DNA from: a virus
Virus genome (UHGV): UHGV-0374040
Strand: one strand, 5' to 3'
Length of the DNA: 42,056 nucleotides
The translations under genes were made by a program, and so were the position numbers. Below, in pieces: positions 16,208-26,005 of this stretch. The notes under the pieces are model-generated. The model was not told the origin of the DNA. It saw only the letters and a program-made list of their open reading frames with translations, and did not search any database. The number at the start of each line of letters is the position of its first letter. Position 1 is the stretch's first letter.

Positions 16208-17002
16208 TTAAACCTCCCCTACCTTTTCGAACGTCAGTGATGGAATCTTAGAATCTGTATATGCCTGCGCGTTTGTATACGCTTCGGATGCTTTTTGATC
16301 TACGTATTCTTGATTAACGCCGCCGCCTTCGCCACCACCAGTAGCAGAAATCACACCAGTGTTACTGATGCTGATATTTGCACCGGCTGTATAGTTAAAT
16401 TGTGGATCAGCACTTAGAGTCCCATCTTCATCAATACTCAAGCGATTACCAATCTTAATGCCACCTTTTTCTTCAGCCGATGCTGTTGGCAGATTGTACT
16501 CTTGGCCGGGCTCAATCACTGCACTGATAACTCCATCTGCATCGATGTTGATATTTTGACCTGCAGAATAATTTTGAAGAAAATCAAGCTTCTGCTTCAT
16601 TTCAAGAGTAAAGTTGTAGTCCGTTTGCTTTATGGCGGACAGCTTCCCTGTTTCGTCAATAGTTAAAAGATCCCCAAGCTTAACACCGCCAAGCTTGTCT
16701 ATCCCCGCAATTGGCAATACATAGTCACCTTCGCCACTGTTCAAAAGCTTCTGATACATTTCAGCAGTAAGAATCCCATCTGTGGTTTCATTCGCATAGG
16801 GAAGTTCCGTAATAGCATTTTCTAACCCTAAATCCGATTTGGTGATCATCACAGCTCCGATTTTTCCATTAACAGAAAGAACCTTAGCTTCTCCTGCGAT
16901 AATTTTTTCAAGCCCGATAACGGCTGAAGCATGAGTGATTGGCATAAACTGCCGTTGCACCCCGTGTTCATCCGTTTCCATCATCCGTTTCGACTTGACC
17001 AT
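16208..17002 (-). CDS. Tail fiber protein with internal ~28-aa beta-repeat units
   Basis: 264 aa. The repeat LPIAGIDKLGGVKLGDLLTIDETGKLSA is similar to LPTASAEEKGGIKIGNRLSIDEDGTLSA. Has a Gly-rich tract. The C-terminus is LTFEKVGEV. Confidence 0.55.
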   Translation of the reverse strand: MVKSKRMMETDEHGVQRQFMPITHASAVIGLEKIIAGEAKVLSVNGKIGAVMITKSDLGLENAITELPYANETTDGILTAEMYQKLLNSGEGDYVLPIAGIDKLGGVKLGDLLTIDETGKLSAIKQTDYNFTLEMKQKLDFLQNYSAGQNINIDADGVISAVIEPGQEYNLPTASAEEKGGIKIGNRLSIDEDGTLSADPQFNYTAGANISISNTGVISATGGGEGGGVNQEYVDQKASEAYTNAQAYTDSKIPSLTFEKVGEV

Positions 17003-17004
17003 TA

Positions 17005-17880
17005 TTAAATCACCCCGACTTTCTCAAAGGTGAAAACATTTTGCACTGGATCATCAACGGTTGCGATTACTAATGCACCTTCTTCGATTGAATTATTAAT
17101 AGTTCCAATCTTCTCTACCTCATGATTTTTTGAAAACAGATCGTCTTGCAGTATATCGACCATTTCAATTTCTCCGTATTCAATTGTAAAAAGCGATGAT
17201 CTAAGTTTTTGGTATAAGTAATTAAAGTCTGCGATTAAACGTTTTGAAATTGACTCATGCCGGACTCCTTGTAGATCGACACGTGCATCCATCAATTCGA
17301 GAAGCATTGTACCTCCTGGATCAATTTGAGCAAGGATATTCTTAATCGATTCAAACCATGTATTATAGTCGTTTTGCTGAGCATCTCGCCATTTTTCGAA
17401 CTCGTCTTTTCGATCTTTCATCCACTGGTCGAAATCACCTTTCCCACTATTGATGTATTCCATCATGTCTGCGATAAGATCTTCCACCGTTTGCCAGTAA
17501 CTACCCATTTCAGCCTCAGTTTTCGAAACAGCACGAACAACAAAATAGGTGAAGTCTTGAGTGGTAGCAATCAAGTCATCACCTTTGTAAAAGACTAAGT
17601 TCGCTGTTTGCCTATGAATAGCTTGCATTGAATACTCATCGAATGTGTACTGTACTTTACCGTTCTTCGCATCGATGATTTTTGCTGATCGTTGCACCGC
17701 AGAGTCATTAGTCAAAACTGATTCAAAGTAAGCTTTACACCCTGTCAGGTCGTAAGGCTTGCCATTCTCAGTAATCAGAGCTTCCATGACTTCCGAATTC
17801 CGGTTACCATTTCGAACCGTCATAATGCCAACATAATTGAAGCTATCAGTTGTGCTTAGTGAAACGTTCCATTTTGCCAT
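17005..17880 (-). CDS. BppU-like baseplate upper protein / fiber anchor
   Basis: 291 aa, located after Tal and the CHAP protein. The C-terminus FTFEKVGVI is shared with the downstream fibers. The family call is from memory. Confidence 0.5.
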   Translation of the reverse strand: MAKWNVSLSTTDSFNYVGIMTVRNGNRNSEVMEALITENGKPYDLTGCKAYFESVLTNDSAVQRSAKIIDAKNGKVQYTFDEYSMQAIHRQTANLVFYKGDDLIATTQDFTYFVVRAVSKTEAEMGSYWQTVEDLIADMMEYINSGKGDFDQWMKDRKDEFEKWRDAQQNDYNTWFESIKNILAQIDPGGTMLLELMDARVDLQGVRHESISKRLIADFNYLYQKLRSSLFTIEYGEIEMVDILQDDLFSKNHEVEKIGTINNSIEEGALVIATVDDPVQNVFTFEKVGVI

Positions 17881-18362
17881 ATATTCATCACTCCTCTCTC
17901 AAAATCAGGCGGGATACAAATAGATGCGATTTGATCAGAGTCAAAAAACTCTCTATCGTATTCAGCGACAATCTCTCCTGATTCAGCGTTTTGTTCATAG
18001 GTTTGAACGCGATCATTTTCAAGCCCTCTGATTACTCCTGTGTGCCCAAAGGCTTGTGATGCGCACCAATTAGCTACCTTTGCTCCGCGCTTCCAATTAA
18101 TAATCGCTCCGACTACTAGTTGACCGTAGCTGGGTTCTTCGATTACTGACCAAAGATAAAGCGGCCATTGGTAAGCAGAACCAATATCAGCAGCAGAAAA
18201 AACATTTCCATGTCTCACCTTGATTTCATACTTCGTTCCAGCTCCCATATCTGGTCCAATCATTACACCAGCGTATTCCGCACTAAGCGCATAACATTGA
18301 TGATTGCCAACTGGCTGATTCATCAAACTTTTTAAATGGTTCAATCCTTTTCTATCTATCAT
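17856..18362 (-). CDS. CHAP-domain protein (tail-associated peptidoglycan hydrolase)
   Basis: Start chosen at MIDRKG with RBS GAGGTGA 5 nt upstream. Cys-His pair context (NHQCYALSAEY...FGHTGVIRG). Confidence 0.5.
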   Translation of the reverse strand: MIDRKGLNHLKSLMNQPVGNHQCYALSAEYAGVMIGPDMGAGTKYEIKVRHGNVFSAADIGSAYQWPLYLWSVIEEPSYGQLVVGAIINWKRGAKVANWCASQAFGHTGVIRGLENDRVQTYEQNAESGEIVAEYDREFFDSDQIASICIPPDFERGVMNIWQNGTFH

Positions 18363-18372
18363 GCAATCACCT

Positions 18373-21258
18373 CTATTTCTTCGCTCTTGCAATACATACA
18401 TCGCCACCGTTTAATAGCCAACCAAACGACAGATCTACGCGACCTACTCCGACACCGCCAGATTGCATTCCGCCCATCTCAATGATGGATGTAGTATAGC
18501 CGTGCCAATCCTCAGCTAGAATCGCTGTATGTCCATTTGATCCAGCTCCGCCGCCTTGGTTTACAATCAACACGTCTCCGGCTTTTCCTTGGCTTTGAGG
18601 AATCTCAGTAAGCCAATTTCTAGCACCACGTGCATCACTTGTCATTGAACCTGTGTACCAGCCAACTCCTGGTGGTGTACGATACCCAGCTTTTGTTAAA
18701 ACCAGCCAAACGAACGAAGAACAATCGGCATAACCATTTCTGTCAGGATTTTCAACAGAACCAAATTGTGTTCTCAACGGCATAGAATAATGAAAATAAC
18801 CTAATAAACTTTTGGCAGTAGACAAGATACTTCCACCACCAGATGAAATTTCTAAATCCTTGAACTTGTTGTACCAAGTTACTGCCCAACCTTGACGTTC
18901 AGGATGTGTATTTGCTGGTCGTTCATAGTTTCTTTCAAATGCATACGCTGCTTGAGAAGGATCAGTAATTGCTTTGAATGCTGCTTGAGTAGTTGGTTGA
19001 ACGATTCCTAACCACTGGCCGTTGTACATCGTCCAATCTAGCAACTTACCTTGAGCAGCCATTGTTCGATAATCCTCTGTGATACCAGCTGCAGCCATTA
19101 AACGTTGGACATAGGTCCGGCCATCGTAAGTAGGAGAACCAACAAGCGGATAAGCCGAGCCATCCCATTGAACAATTCCATAGGCAGGTCCGCCAATTTG
19201 AGCGATGTCAGGATTCATTGAAACTCCGGCTTCGCCTTGAACGTTACCCAAGATACCTGCAGCTGCAGCTTTAGAGTAGCCTTTCGAAAGAAGTATCACC
19301 CATAGCTCCCAAGCGAACTTGTCAGCTTGAGAAGTGACTCCCGGCGGGTATTCTCCGTTCCAGTTCCCCCCCGGATCAGTAGCCCCTCCCTGACCAGGAA
19401 ACACTTCCTGACCTTTGATGGTTAGTTTGCCTTGAACATCTAGATCACCAAACACTCGCAACTTGCCTTGAATATTCATATCACCGTTATGAATAGTGGT
19501 TCCGTTTGCGAGCATGATAAATCCTTTGCCTTTATTTGGTGATATTAAAATGTACTTCCCGCTGCCTTCAGTTCGGATTACCAGTGCGTTATCAGGAATT
19601 GGTGTTGGCGTTGAAGCATCAGGAAATGGATTGCCGGCAGAGTCCGTTGTTCCGATCGTTCCAATTTCTTTGCTACCACTCCAAAACTGCATCCCTTTTT
19701 TTGTCAGTTCCATTATCTTTTTATTGCTGTTTACGACCTGCAAAGCACCTTTTACTAGCTTTAACTGATCACCAACAGCATTAAATGAGGTTTCAAAAAT
19801 ATCAGCCCTAATACGTCCAGACTGGATATAATTTGCATTGAAGTTCCCATCAATAGTCCATGCAGTCTTGAAATTCGCTTCGTTGAAATTGCCATCAATG
19901 AAACCTATCCCTTCAGAGTTCGCTACAAGAAAATGATTTGAAGTAGCAAGCGAGTCACCATTCATCCAAACCATCTGATATGGCTGCCTTGAAGTTCCTT
20001 TTCCTGTATCGGAAGGGTTCATCATAATGATTGATCCGCCTTTTGCTCCTCGGATAATGTCAGATTGAAACTTGGACACTTCGGTAGATTCATAAAAGGT
20101 CATTTTAGTGTCATCCAGAGTCTGCAAGGAGTTCTGAACATTAGACGCTTGACGAGTTGCAGAATTATTCAAATTGTCGCCTAATCCTGTATCGACTTTT
20201 CCGGTTAAACGGTCAATCTTCACGCTGAAAATTCGTGTTTCATAGTGATAGCCGCGATCTTCTCGATGAATGCGTATAGTATTACCCAACTTATCTGCGC
20301 CAAAAATAGTCGATTTGAATTGAACAAGCGGTCTTGAGCAATTTACTAATTCCTGATAAGTAAGTTGAATCAACTCCGTCGGTTCCGCGCAGTCTTCAAA
20401 AATAACGACTTTCTCACGTTTGCGACGTTTTCCATTTTTTGTAGGAATACCGTATTTTTCCGTCATTTCAGGAATTTCCAAATTGATCTGACCTGTTGGC
20501 TTATTGAGAGGATCACCTTTTGACTTTGACCAATAGACTTGATCAAACTCAATGCGTCGGCCATAGCCGTCACCCACTTCTTCTCCTTTACCTCTCCCAA
20601 TTAAAGAAGTAAATAGATTGCTTCGGTTGACTTCTTTTTCAATTGTTAAAGCATTATCGCCATAATCGTATCGTTCATTACTGTACTCACCGATTTGCCG
20701 ATGTACTTCAATCCACTTATCAGTGATTCCTTCACCAGTAAGATTGCATTTAAATAGTATTTCGCAACCTAATGCTTGAAGCATTTTCAGTGCTTCACGA
20801 ACACTGCAGTAGTAAAAATTCATTGATACTTTAGGAAGAGTTGAATCCAAGTAACCAACGCGCCACTCTCCTAACGTATAGTCGATGACTCGTTGAATCG
20901 TTTTTTGAAAGAACTCATTCGCAGGTCGAATATCATTGATGATGTAGCCTTCTAGTTCATCGGGGCCAAAGTTGACACCCGTAAAAATCAGTAATGAACC
21001 CGGATCAGCAATCCCGGCTATTTTGTACATAGAAAAAGACGACTCGCTTTCGCGAACCGCCATATAAACTGCATCTTTAATTTCAACATCAAATTCTGTA
21101 CTAACTGACAACTTATCATTGATCAATTCTTCTTTGTTTGGTGTGATTTCCATTTCTTGAATATTCGAGAATAAATTTTCTTCACCTACTACTTTGATGA
21201 GTTTTTGATTGTCATCAAAGAAAAAGACATCTTTATAGAAACTTTCCACTACAACCAC
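18373..21258 (-). CDS. Tail-associated lysin (Tal): N-terminal tail-endopeptidase/tip domain plus C-terminal lysozyme-like and NlpC/P60-CHAP peptidase domains
   Basis: 961 aa, positioned after Dit. The C-terminus (DCSSFVWLVL...GHTAILAED) is a Cys-His peptidase. The mid-region (AAAAGILGNVQGEAG) is lysozyme-like. Confidence 0.75.
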   Translation of the reverse strand: MVVVESFYKDVFFFDDNQKLIKVVGEENLFSNIQEMEITPNKEELINDKLSVSTEFDVEIKDAVYMAVRESESSFSMYKIAGIADPGSLLIFTGVNFGPDELEGYIINDIRPANEFFQKTIQRVIDYTLGEWRVGYLDSTLPKVSMNFYYCSVREALKMLQALGCEILFKCNLTGEGITDKWIEVHRQIGEYSNERYDYGDNALTIEKEVNRSNLFTSLIGRGKGEEVGDGYGRRIEFDQVYWSKSKGDPLNKPTGQINLEIPEMTEKYGIPTKNGKRRKREKVVIFEDCAEPTELIQLTYQELVNCSRPLVQFKSTIFGADKLGNTIRIHREDRGYHYETRIFSVKIDRLTGKVDTGLGDNLNNSATRQASNVQNSLQTLDDTKMTFYESTEVSKFQSDIIRGAKGGSIIMMNPSDTGKGTSRQPYQMVWMNGDSLATSNHFLVANSEGIGFIDGNFNEANFKTAWTIDGNFNANYIQSGRIRADIFETSFNAVGDQLKLVKGALQVVNSNKKIMELTKKGMQFWSGSKEIGTIGTTDSAGNPFPDASTPTPIPDNALVIRTEGSGKYILISPNKGKGFIMLANGTTIHNGDMNIQGKLRVFGDLDVQGKLTIKGQEVFPGQGGATDPGGNWNGEYPPGVTSQADKFAWELWVILLSKGYSKAAAAGILGNVQGEAGVSMNPDIAQIGGPAYGIVQWDGSAYPLVGSPTYDGRTYVQRLMAAAGITEDYRTMAAQGKLLDWTMYNGQWLGIVQPTTQAAFKAITDPSQAAYAFERNYERPANTHPERQGWAVTWYNKFKDLEISSGGGSILSTAKSLLGYFHYSMPLRTQFGSVENPDRNGYADCSSFVWLVLTKAGYRTPPGVGWYTGSMTSDARGARNWLTEIPQSQGKAGDVLIVNQGGGAGSNGHTAILAEDWHGYTTSIIEMGGMQSGGVGVGRVDLSFGWLLNGGDVCIARAKK

Positions 21259-22034
21259 ACCCCTCGATACTTAATCAAAGGAGTCCCGTTGTCACTTTTG
21301 ATAACTTCTCCTGTTCGCACAGTAAAACTTTTGAATGGGCTAGTCAGATCAAGGAGTCTTGTTTTATTCTCTCCGTTGATCAGTATTTTCCCCTCGCGGA
21401 TTAACATCTCGACACGATCGCCTTTTTTTAGAGCCGCATTTGAAATACTGATTGTTTGCCGACCATTCGTTACTTTGACGCTGTTATCCTTTGAAGCGGT
21501 AAAACTAATGGAATCCGGCACAGAGTCATAAGGAATATACTCGAAAATTTCCCCGCCTGTTTCAAATTGTCTAGAATACTTTCGCGGATCTGGACAGGTA
21601 ATTGTATAACTAGATACTACGCTGTCTGTATTCCCCGGAACCTTTTCTGCGGCAGAGTAGCGGCCATAATAAAAAGTGTCGAGTTCATCATTAAAATGAA
21701 TCTCGACATCTTCTTGTTTGTATAAAATTCGCATCAGCTTTTTGAAGCTTCGCTGAAACTCAACTGGATTAGACTCTGTTAGTTTGTAGTGTATTATCAA
21801 TGAGCGTTCAGGTAATCGCTGTGCTGATATATGAACCCCTACATTCTTCTTCTCGGATTCCAAATCAAGTGACAGCATTTCCCGGCCCTCAACAAATAGT
21901 GTCTGGTAGCTGGGAATAATTTTTTCAATCATTGTACCGCCGTATATCATCGCAGAAGTCGGAATCCACGATTTGTAAGCGGGTCGTTTCGTTGTGTCTC
22001 TAAATTGATACATTGGATTTTCCCATTCTTCCAC
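21249..22034 (-). CDS. Distal tail protein (Dit)
   Basis: 261 aa, between the tape measure and Tal; siphovirus tail-component pattern. Confidence 0.7.
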   Translation of the reverse strand: MEEWENPMYQFRDTTKRPAYKSWIPTSAMIYGGTMIEKIIPSYQTLFVEGREMLSLDLESEKKNVGVHISAQRLPERSLIIHYKLTESNPVEFQRSFKKLMRILYKQEDVEIHFNDELDTFYYGRYSAAEKVPGNTDSVVSSYTITCPDPRKYSRQFETGGEIFEYIPYDSVPDSISFTASKDNSVKVTNGRQTISISNAALKKGDRVEMLIREGKILINGENKTRLLDLTSPFKSFTVRTGEVIKSDNGTPLIKYRGVWL

Positions 22035-22048
22035 GCGTCATCCTCCTT

Positions 22049-24310
22049 CTAAAATGATAAATTGATATCTACTTCTTGGCCTTGTGCTTGACTGATATCA
22101 TCAACAAAAGCTTTGAAAACTTGATTTCCTAAACGGATATTGAATGTTGCAGGTTGTTTATTTGCCCGATTTTCATTCTTTGTAGTAACAGAGTGTTTCA
22201 CTCCCAGACTTGCATTTAAATTACTTAGCGCTGGTATATCCATTACTGATGCCATCGCTTTGTTAATCTCACTTTGTCCAGAGTAAATTCCAGTTGAAAT
22301 AGTTCCACCAAAATTCAATTGATCCAAATCGTCTAATGGGCCTTCTTTTGCTGGAGAAAACGGCAAGAATCGTCGGACTTTGGATACAACTGCTTCTATT
22401 GCTTTTGCTGGTAAGCTAATGGCTGACCAGATACCATCGGCAATCATCTTAACTAGATTCCAACCTGCGTTTTTAAACGTTGACCAGAAGCCTTTCACAA
22501 CTCCTATTACCGCTTCAAGGGCACCAACCACTAAACCACCTAATCCATAAAGAATCCCTGAAGCTGCCTCTACCATTCCTTCCCAAGCCATCGACCAATC
22601 ACCTGAAAGTACACCGAGAATAAACTTGATCAAACCTTGGATTACACGTAAAGCACCTTCAATCACTGCCGAAATTGCTGTCCAAATCCCTTCAGTTATA
22701 CCTTTAATCGCAGTCCATACTCCAACAATGATGCCTTGAATAACACCCATAGCATTTCGAATAAATTGACCGATTTTTCCATTCCAAATTGCATCTACTG
22801 CAGCCGCAATTTCTTCATTGTTTGCTTTCCACCAATTCACAACCGATCCGAAAATTCTTGTGATCGTGTTCGAGACTGTTTGAACAGCAAATGAAATTGT
22901 ATTTTTGATTGATTCCCAAATAGTTGTAACTGCATTTCGAAATCCTTCACTCGTATTCCACGCCAATATAAAAGCGCCTACTAACAGAGTTATGATTCCA
23001 ATAATTATCCCAACAGGCCCTGTTAACGCAGTAAATACGCCTCCCAAAGCTGGAAATGAAGTGGATAAAAACCCTACTGCTACTTTCAGCTTCGCGAACC
23101 ACACTAGCATTGAACCGCCTATAAAAAGAAGTGGCCCGATTGCCGCAACTAAACCAGCAATCACTAATACCATTTTTTGAATCGGTTCCGGTGCATTGAC
23201 GAACTTTTCAACTAAACCACCAATTGTATCAGCAACATCTCGAATAGCTGGAGCAATAATCCCTTGAATAACAATTGCGGCAGATTCAAACGCACCCATC
23301 ATTTGTTCAATCGAGGAGTTCATATTATCTTGCATCGTTCGAGCCATCTCATCGGCTGCGCCATTTGAGTCTTTCAAAGAGTTCGTCAATTTTCCTAACG
23401 AATCTGGGCCCTTGTCAATCAAAGCCATCATTCCTGAAAGGGATTCTTGACCATACAACGTTACTAAAGCATTTTGCTGTTGTTCTGGCGTTAGCCCTTT
23501 AAAGGCTTGTTGCAACATTCCAATTTGATCTTTTAATGATTTCATATTGCCTTCGGCGTCGTAAAAACTCAAGCCTAATTCTTCCATTTTAGATATCATT
23601 GGATCGGTAGGTTTTGCTAATCGAGACAATGCACCACGTAGAGAAGTACCCGCTTGGGAACCTTTTATACCAGCATCCGACATGATTCCGATTGCTGCGG
23701 CAGACTCTTCTAAAGAAATACCCATCGCGTTTGCAACTGGAGCGATATATTTCATCGCTTCTCCCATGTCAGCAACTTCCGCATTGGTATCGGCAGCTGC
23801 TCGAGCGAACACATCGGCTACATGCCCAGCTTGTCCAGCATCTAAACCAAATCCACGTAAAGCTGTTGCAGCGTTTTCGGATGCTAATGCAACATCCCCG
23901 CCAGAAACAGCGGCCAAGTCCAAAAGGCCTGGCATAGCGGCCATGATCTCATTCGCGTCGAAACCAGCAGAAGCTAGATTTTCCATACCTGCCGCTGACT
24001 CTTTCGCGCTAAAGGCCGTTTTAGCTCCTAAATCAATTGCTTGTTGTTTTAACTGATCAAATGAACTGCCAGTTGCGCCAGAAATTGCCTTTACTCGACT
24101 CATTTGTTCTTCAAAATCGCCACCAATTTTTGCAGCCGCGATCCCGGCTCCTAGAATGGGGACAGTGAGAAGTTTTGTCATTGATTTTCCGGCTGTCTGC
24201 ATGGTTGAGCCAACAGTCATCATCGTACTATTTGAATCTTTTTCGAAGGTTTCGACAGCAGACTGAGCATCCTTAAATGTTTTTACAAAACCGCTGTCTG
24301 TAGCTTTCAA
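22049..24310 (-). CDS. Tail tape measure protein
   Basis: 753 aa, Ala/Gly-rich with hydrophobic segments, downstream of the G/GT chaperone. Confidence 0.9.
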   Translation of the reverse strand: MKATDSGFVKTFKDAQSAVETFEKDSNSTMMTVGSTMQTAGKSMTKLLTVPILGAGIAAAKIGGDFEEQMSRVKAISGATGSSFDQLKQQAIDLGAKTAFSAKESAAGMENLASAGFDANEIMAAMPGLLDLAAVSGGDVALASENAATALRGFGLDAGQAGHVADVFARAAADTNAEVADMGEAMKYIAPVANAMGISLEESAAAIGIMSDAGIKGSQAGTSLRGALSRLAKPTDPMISKMEELGLSFYDAEGNMKSLKDQIGMLQQAFKGLTPEQQQNALVTLYGQESLSGMMALIDKGPDSLGKLTNSLKDSNGAADEMARTMQDNMNSSIEQMMGAFESAAIVIQGIIAPAIRDVADTIGGLVEKFVNAPEPIQKMVLVIAGLVAAIGPLLFIGGSMLVWFAKLKVAVGFLSTSFPALGGVFTALTGPVGIIIGIITLLVGAFILAWNTSEGFRNAVTTIWESIKNTISFAVQTVSNTITRIFGSVVNWWKANNEEIAAAVDAIWNGKIGQFIRNAMGVIQGIIVGVWTAIKGITEGIWTAISAVIEGALRVIQGLIKFILGVLSGDWSMAWEGMVEAASGILYGLGGLVVGALEAVIGVVKGFWSTFKNAGWNLVKMIADGIWSAISLPAKAIEAVVSKVRRFLPFSPAKEGPLDDLDQLNFGGTISTGIYSGQSEINKAMASVMDIPALSNLNASLGVKHSVTTKNENRANKQPATFNIRLGNQVFKAFVDDISQAQGQEVDINLSF

Positions 24311-24336
24311 ATAAGCCTCAACTGAAAATGATTCTG

Positions 24337-25070
24337 CTATATCGTCCCCCTCCCTTCTCGGAATTCACGAAGGCGTTTAGCTACTTGTGTTAGTTCTTTT
24401 TTTCGTTCTTCGTTCAGTTTTTCTTGCTCGAATGATGAACCTTCTAGAACATTACTGATTCTTTCTTCGTAGTCGTAGAAATCAGAGAATTGTTTGTAAA
24501 TTGGCTCCCCTTTTTTATTTTTTGCGCGTACCGCATCATTTAAAAAGGCCTGCTGATGTCGTTTCATTTCCTCGTCCACTTGTGACAAATTGAAAGCAAG
24601 CATACGTAATTCATATTCTCTGATAGTCATTTTGTTAACATCTTCAAACGAATGACAACCAAGAAATCGAAAAGCGTTTAAAGCTAATTCTTCGTAGAAT
24701 TCACGACTGTTTTTCCTTAGTTTTTGTTCGCTGCTTTTCGAGTTTGAGCTTTCAGTTTTTTGATCATCGCTTTTGTTAAATCCTGCTTTCCCAACTCAGC
24801 AATCAAATCCCCCGATAGTTTTTCAATATCTTGAGTAATCAGCCAAGCTTCAATTTCTGACTTACCCACTTTTACATTGTCTGCTTGCAAAGCCATAATG
24901 ATATTTCGCAGAACAACTGGATTGCATTGTTGTAAATAAACTAGCGCTGAACTAATTCCCATACCGAAAGAAGCCCCACCAGTATGAACTTCGTACATCT
25001 GATCAAGAGCCTCAATAGCGCCGATAGTAAATTTCACATCGATAATTTTTCCATTAATATCAAAGTTCAT
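24337..25070 (-). CDS. Tail assembly chaperone GT fusion via programmed -1 frameshift
   Basis: The -1 frame is open from the slippery A6C run (plus-strand T-run at 24756-24761) through the downstream 97-aa ORF. This matches the conserved G/GT arrangement between the major tail and tape measure genes. Confidence 0.45.
24717..25070 (-). CDS. Tail assembly chaperone (gpG-like)
   Basis: 117 aa, located between the major tail protein and the tape measure. Confidence 0.65.
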   Translation of the reverse strand: MNFDINGKIIDVKFTIGAIEALDQMYEVHTGGASFGMGISSALVYLQQCNPVVLRNIIMALQADNVKVGKSEIEAWLITQDIEKLSGDLIAELGKQDLTKAMIKKLKAQTRKAANKN

Positions 25071-25106
25071 GATTTCCTCCTAAAAAAAGAAAGCTAGACA
25101 TCTCGT

Positions 25107-25604
25107 CTAACCTTCAGCAGTTGTTTTCGTAGTATCTTGAAACGCATATTGAGCTTCTTCAATTGTTGATTTGGAAACTGTAGCAAAGCCTTCTTTGGGA
25201 GTCCCCTCGATCGTTGCCTCTGTTTCGATTTCAACTAAATCTTCCACGTTCGCTGGCAATTTCCATTTACCAACTTTGCCACGCCCATAAATTGCAGGAT
25301 ATTTTCCTTCTTGCTGTTCCCCTTTTAAGTCAACGTCCCAAAATTCCATTGTGGCATCATCTTCTACAGACTTTTTCATGTAAATGTTCTCATCGTCGTA
25401 AGAAGCAAGACCTTTTAGTGATAGAGTTACCTCTAATCCACCGGAAGTTGGAACACTGCCATCTTTTGTTTGTTCTGACTTGATGTCGCGTGAGTATTCC
25501 CACTCGTGTTCAATTTGATATAACGGCTTTGTAGCATCTTTCGAGCCAGCTTCGTCTAAGCGACGCACTAGTAGGATTCGATCCTTACCTTGAATTACAG
25601 CCAT
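25107..25604 (-). CDS. Major tail protein
   Basis: Start chosen at MAVIQGKD to avoid overlapping the upstream gene. About 166 aa, in the synteny position for the major tail protein. Confidence 0.7.
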   Translation of the reverse strand: MAVIQGKDRILLVRRLDEAGSKDATKPLYQIEHEWEYSRDIKSEQTKDGSVPTSGGLEVTLSLKGLASYDDENIYMKKSVEDDATMEFWDVDLKGEQQEGKYPAIYGRGKVGKWKLPANVEDLVEIETEATIEGTPKEGFATVSKSTIEEAQYAFQDTTKTTAEG

Positions 25605-25615
25605 ATTTTTCCCTC

Positions 25616-26005
25616 CTAATAAAATCGCATCTCTAGCGGAATGACGCAGTGCCAAAGAGCGGAATTCGTTGTTGTATCTTGCAGCATTTGCGGCTGCGTA
25701 TTATTGTTTAATATTTTCCAATTAAAGTTCTTCGACTGTCTAAGTTGACGCAACTCATACATAATTGCTCCTTTCATATCTGAAACCTGCTTACGTTTTG
25801 TATGCAATCCGTAGATATGAATGGAAAGCTGAACCGTTCCGACCAAAATCGATTTGGTAGAAAACGGTAATTCCTGAGATTCGCCAATATAAACGAACGG
25901 ATAAGGTGTTTTGTCTGGTGGCAAATAAGTAAAGACGTTATATCCCAAACCCTGACAAACCTTAAAAACTTCATCGTAAAGTTCCTGATCTGGTTCTTTG
26001 ATCAA
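25616..26005 (-). CDS. Tail completion / tail-terminator-like protein
   Basis: 129 aa in the head-tail joining cluster. Confidence 0.55.
   Translation of the reverse strand: MIKEPDQELYDEVFKVCQGLGYNVFTYLPPDKTPYPFVYIGESQELPFSTKSILVGTVQLSIHIYGLHTKRKQVSDMKGAIMYELRQLRQSKNFNWKILNNNTQPQMLQDTTTNSALWHCVIPLEMRFY

Noticed and set aside
22905-24056. Several plus-strand ORFs (60-124 aa) inside the tape measure gene and elsewhere antisense to late genes (e.g. 19496-19784, 15875-16156, 27086-27495)
   Set aside because: They are antisense to long, well-supported structural genes. They are Ala/Pro/Ser-rich mirror translations without RBSs.
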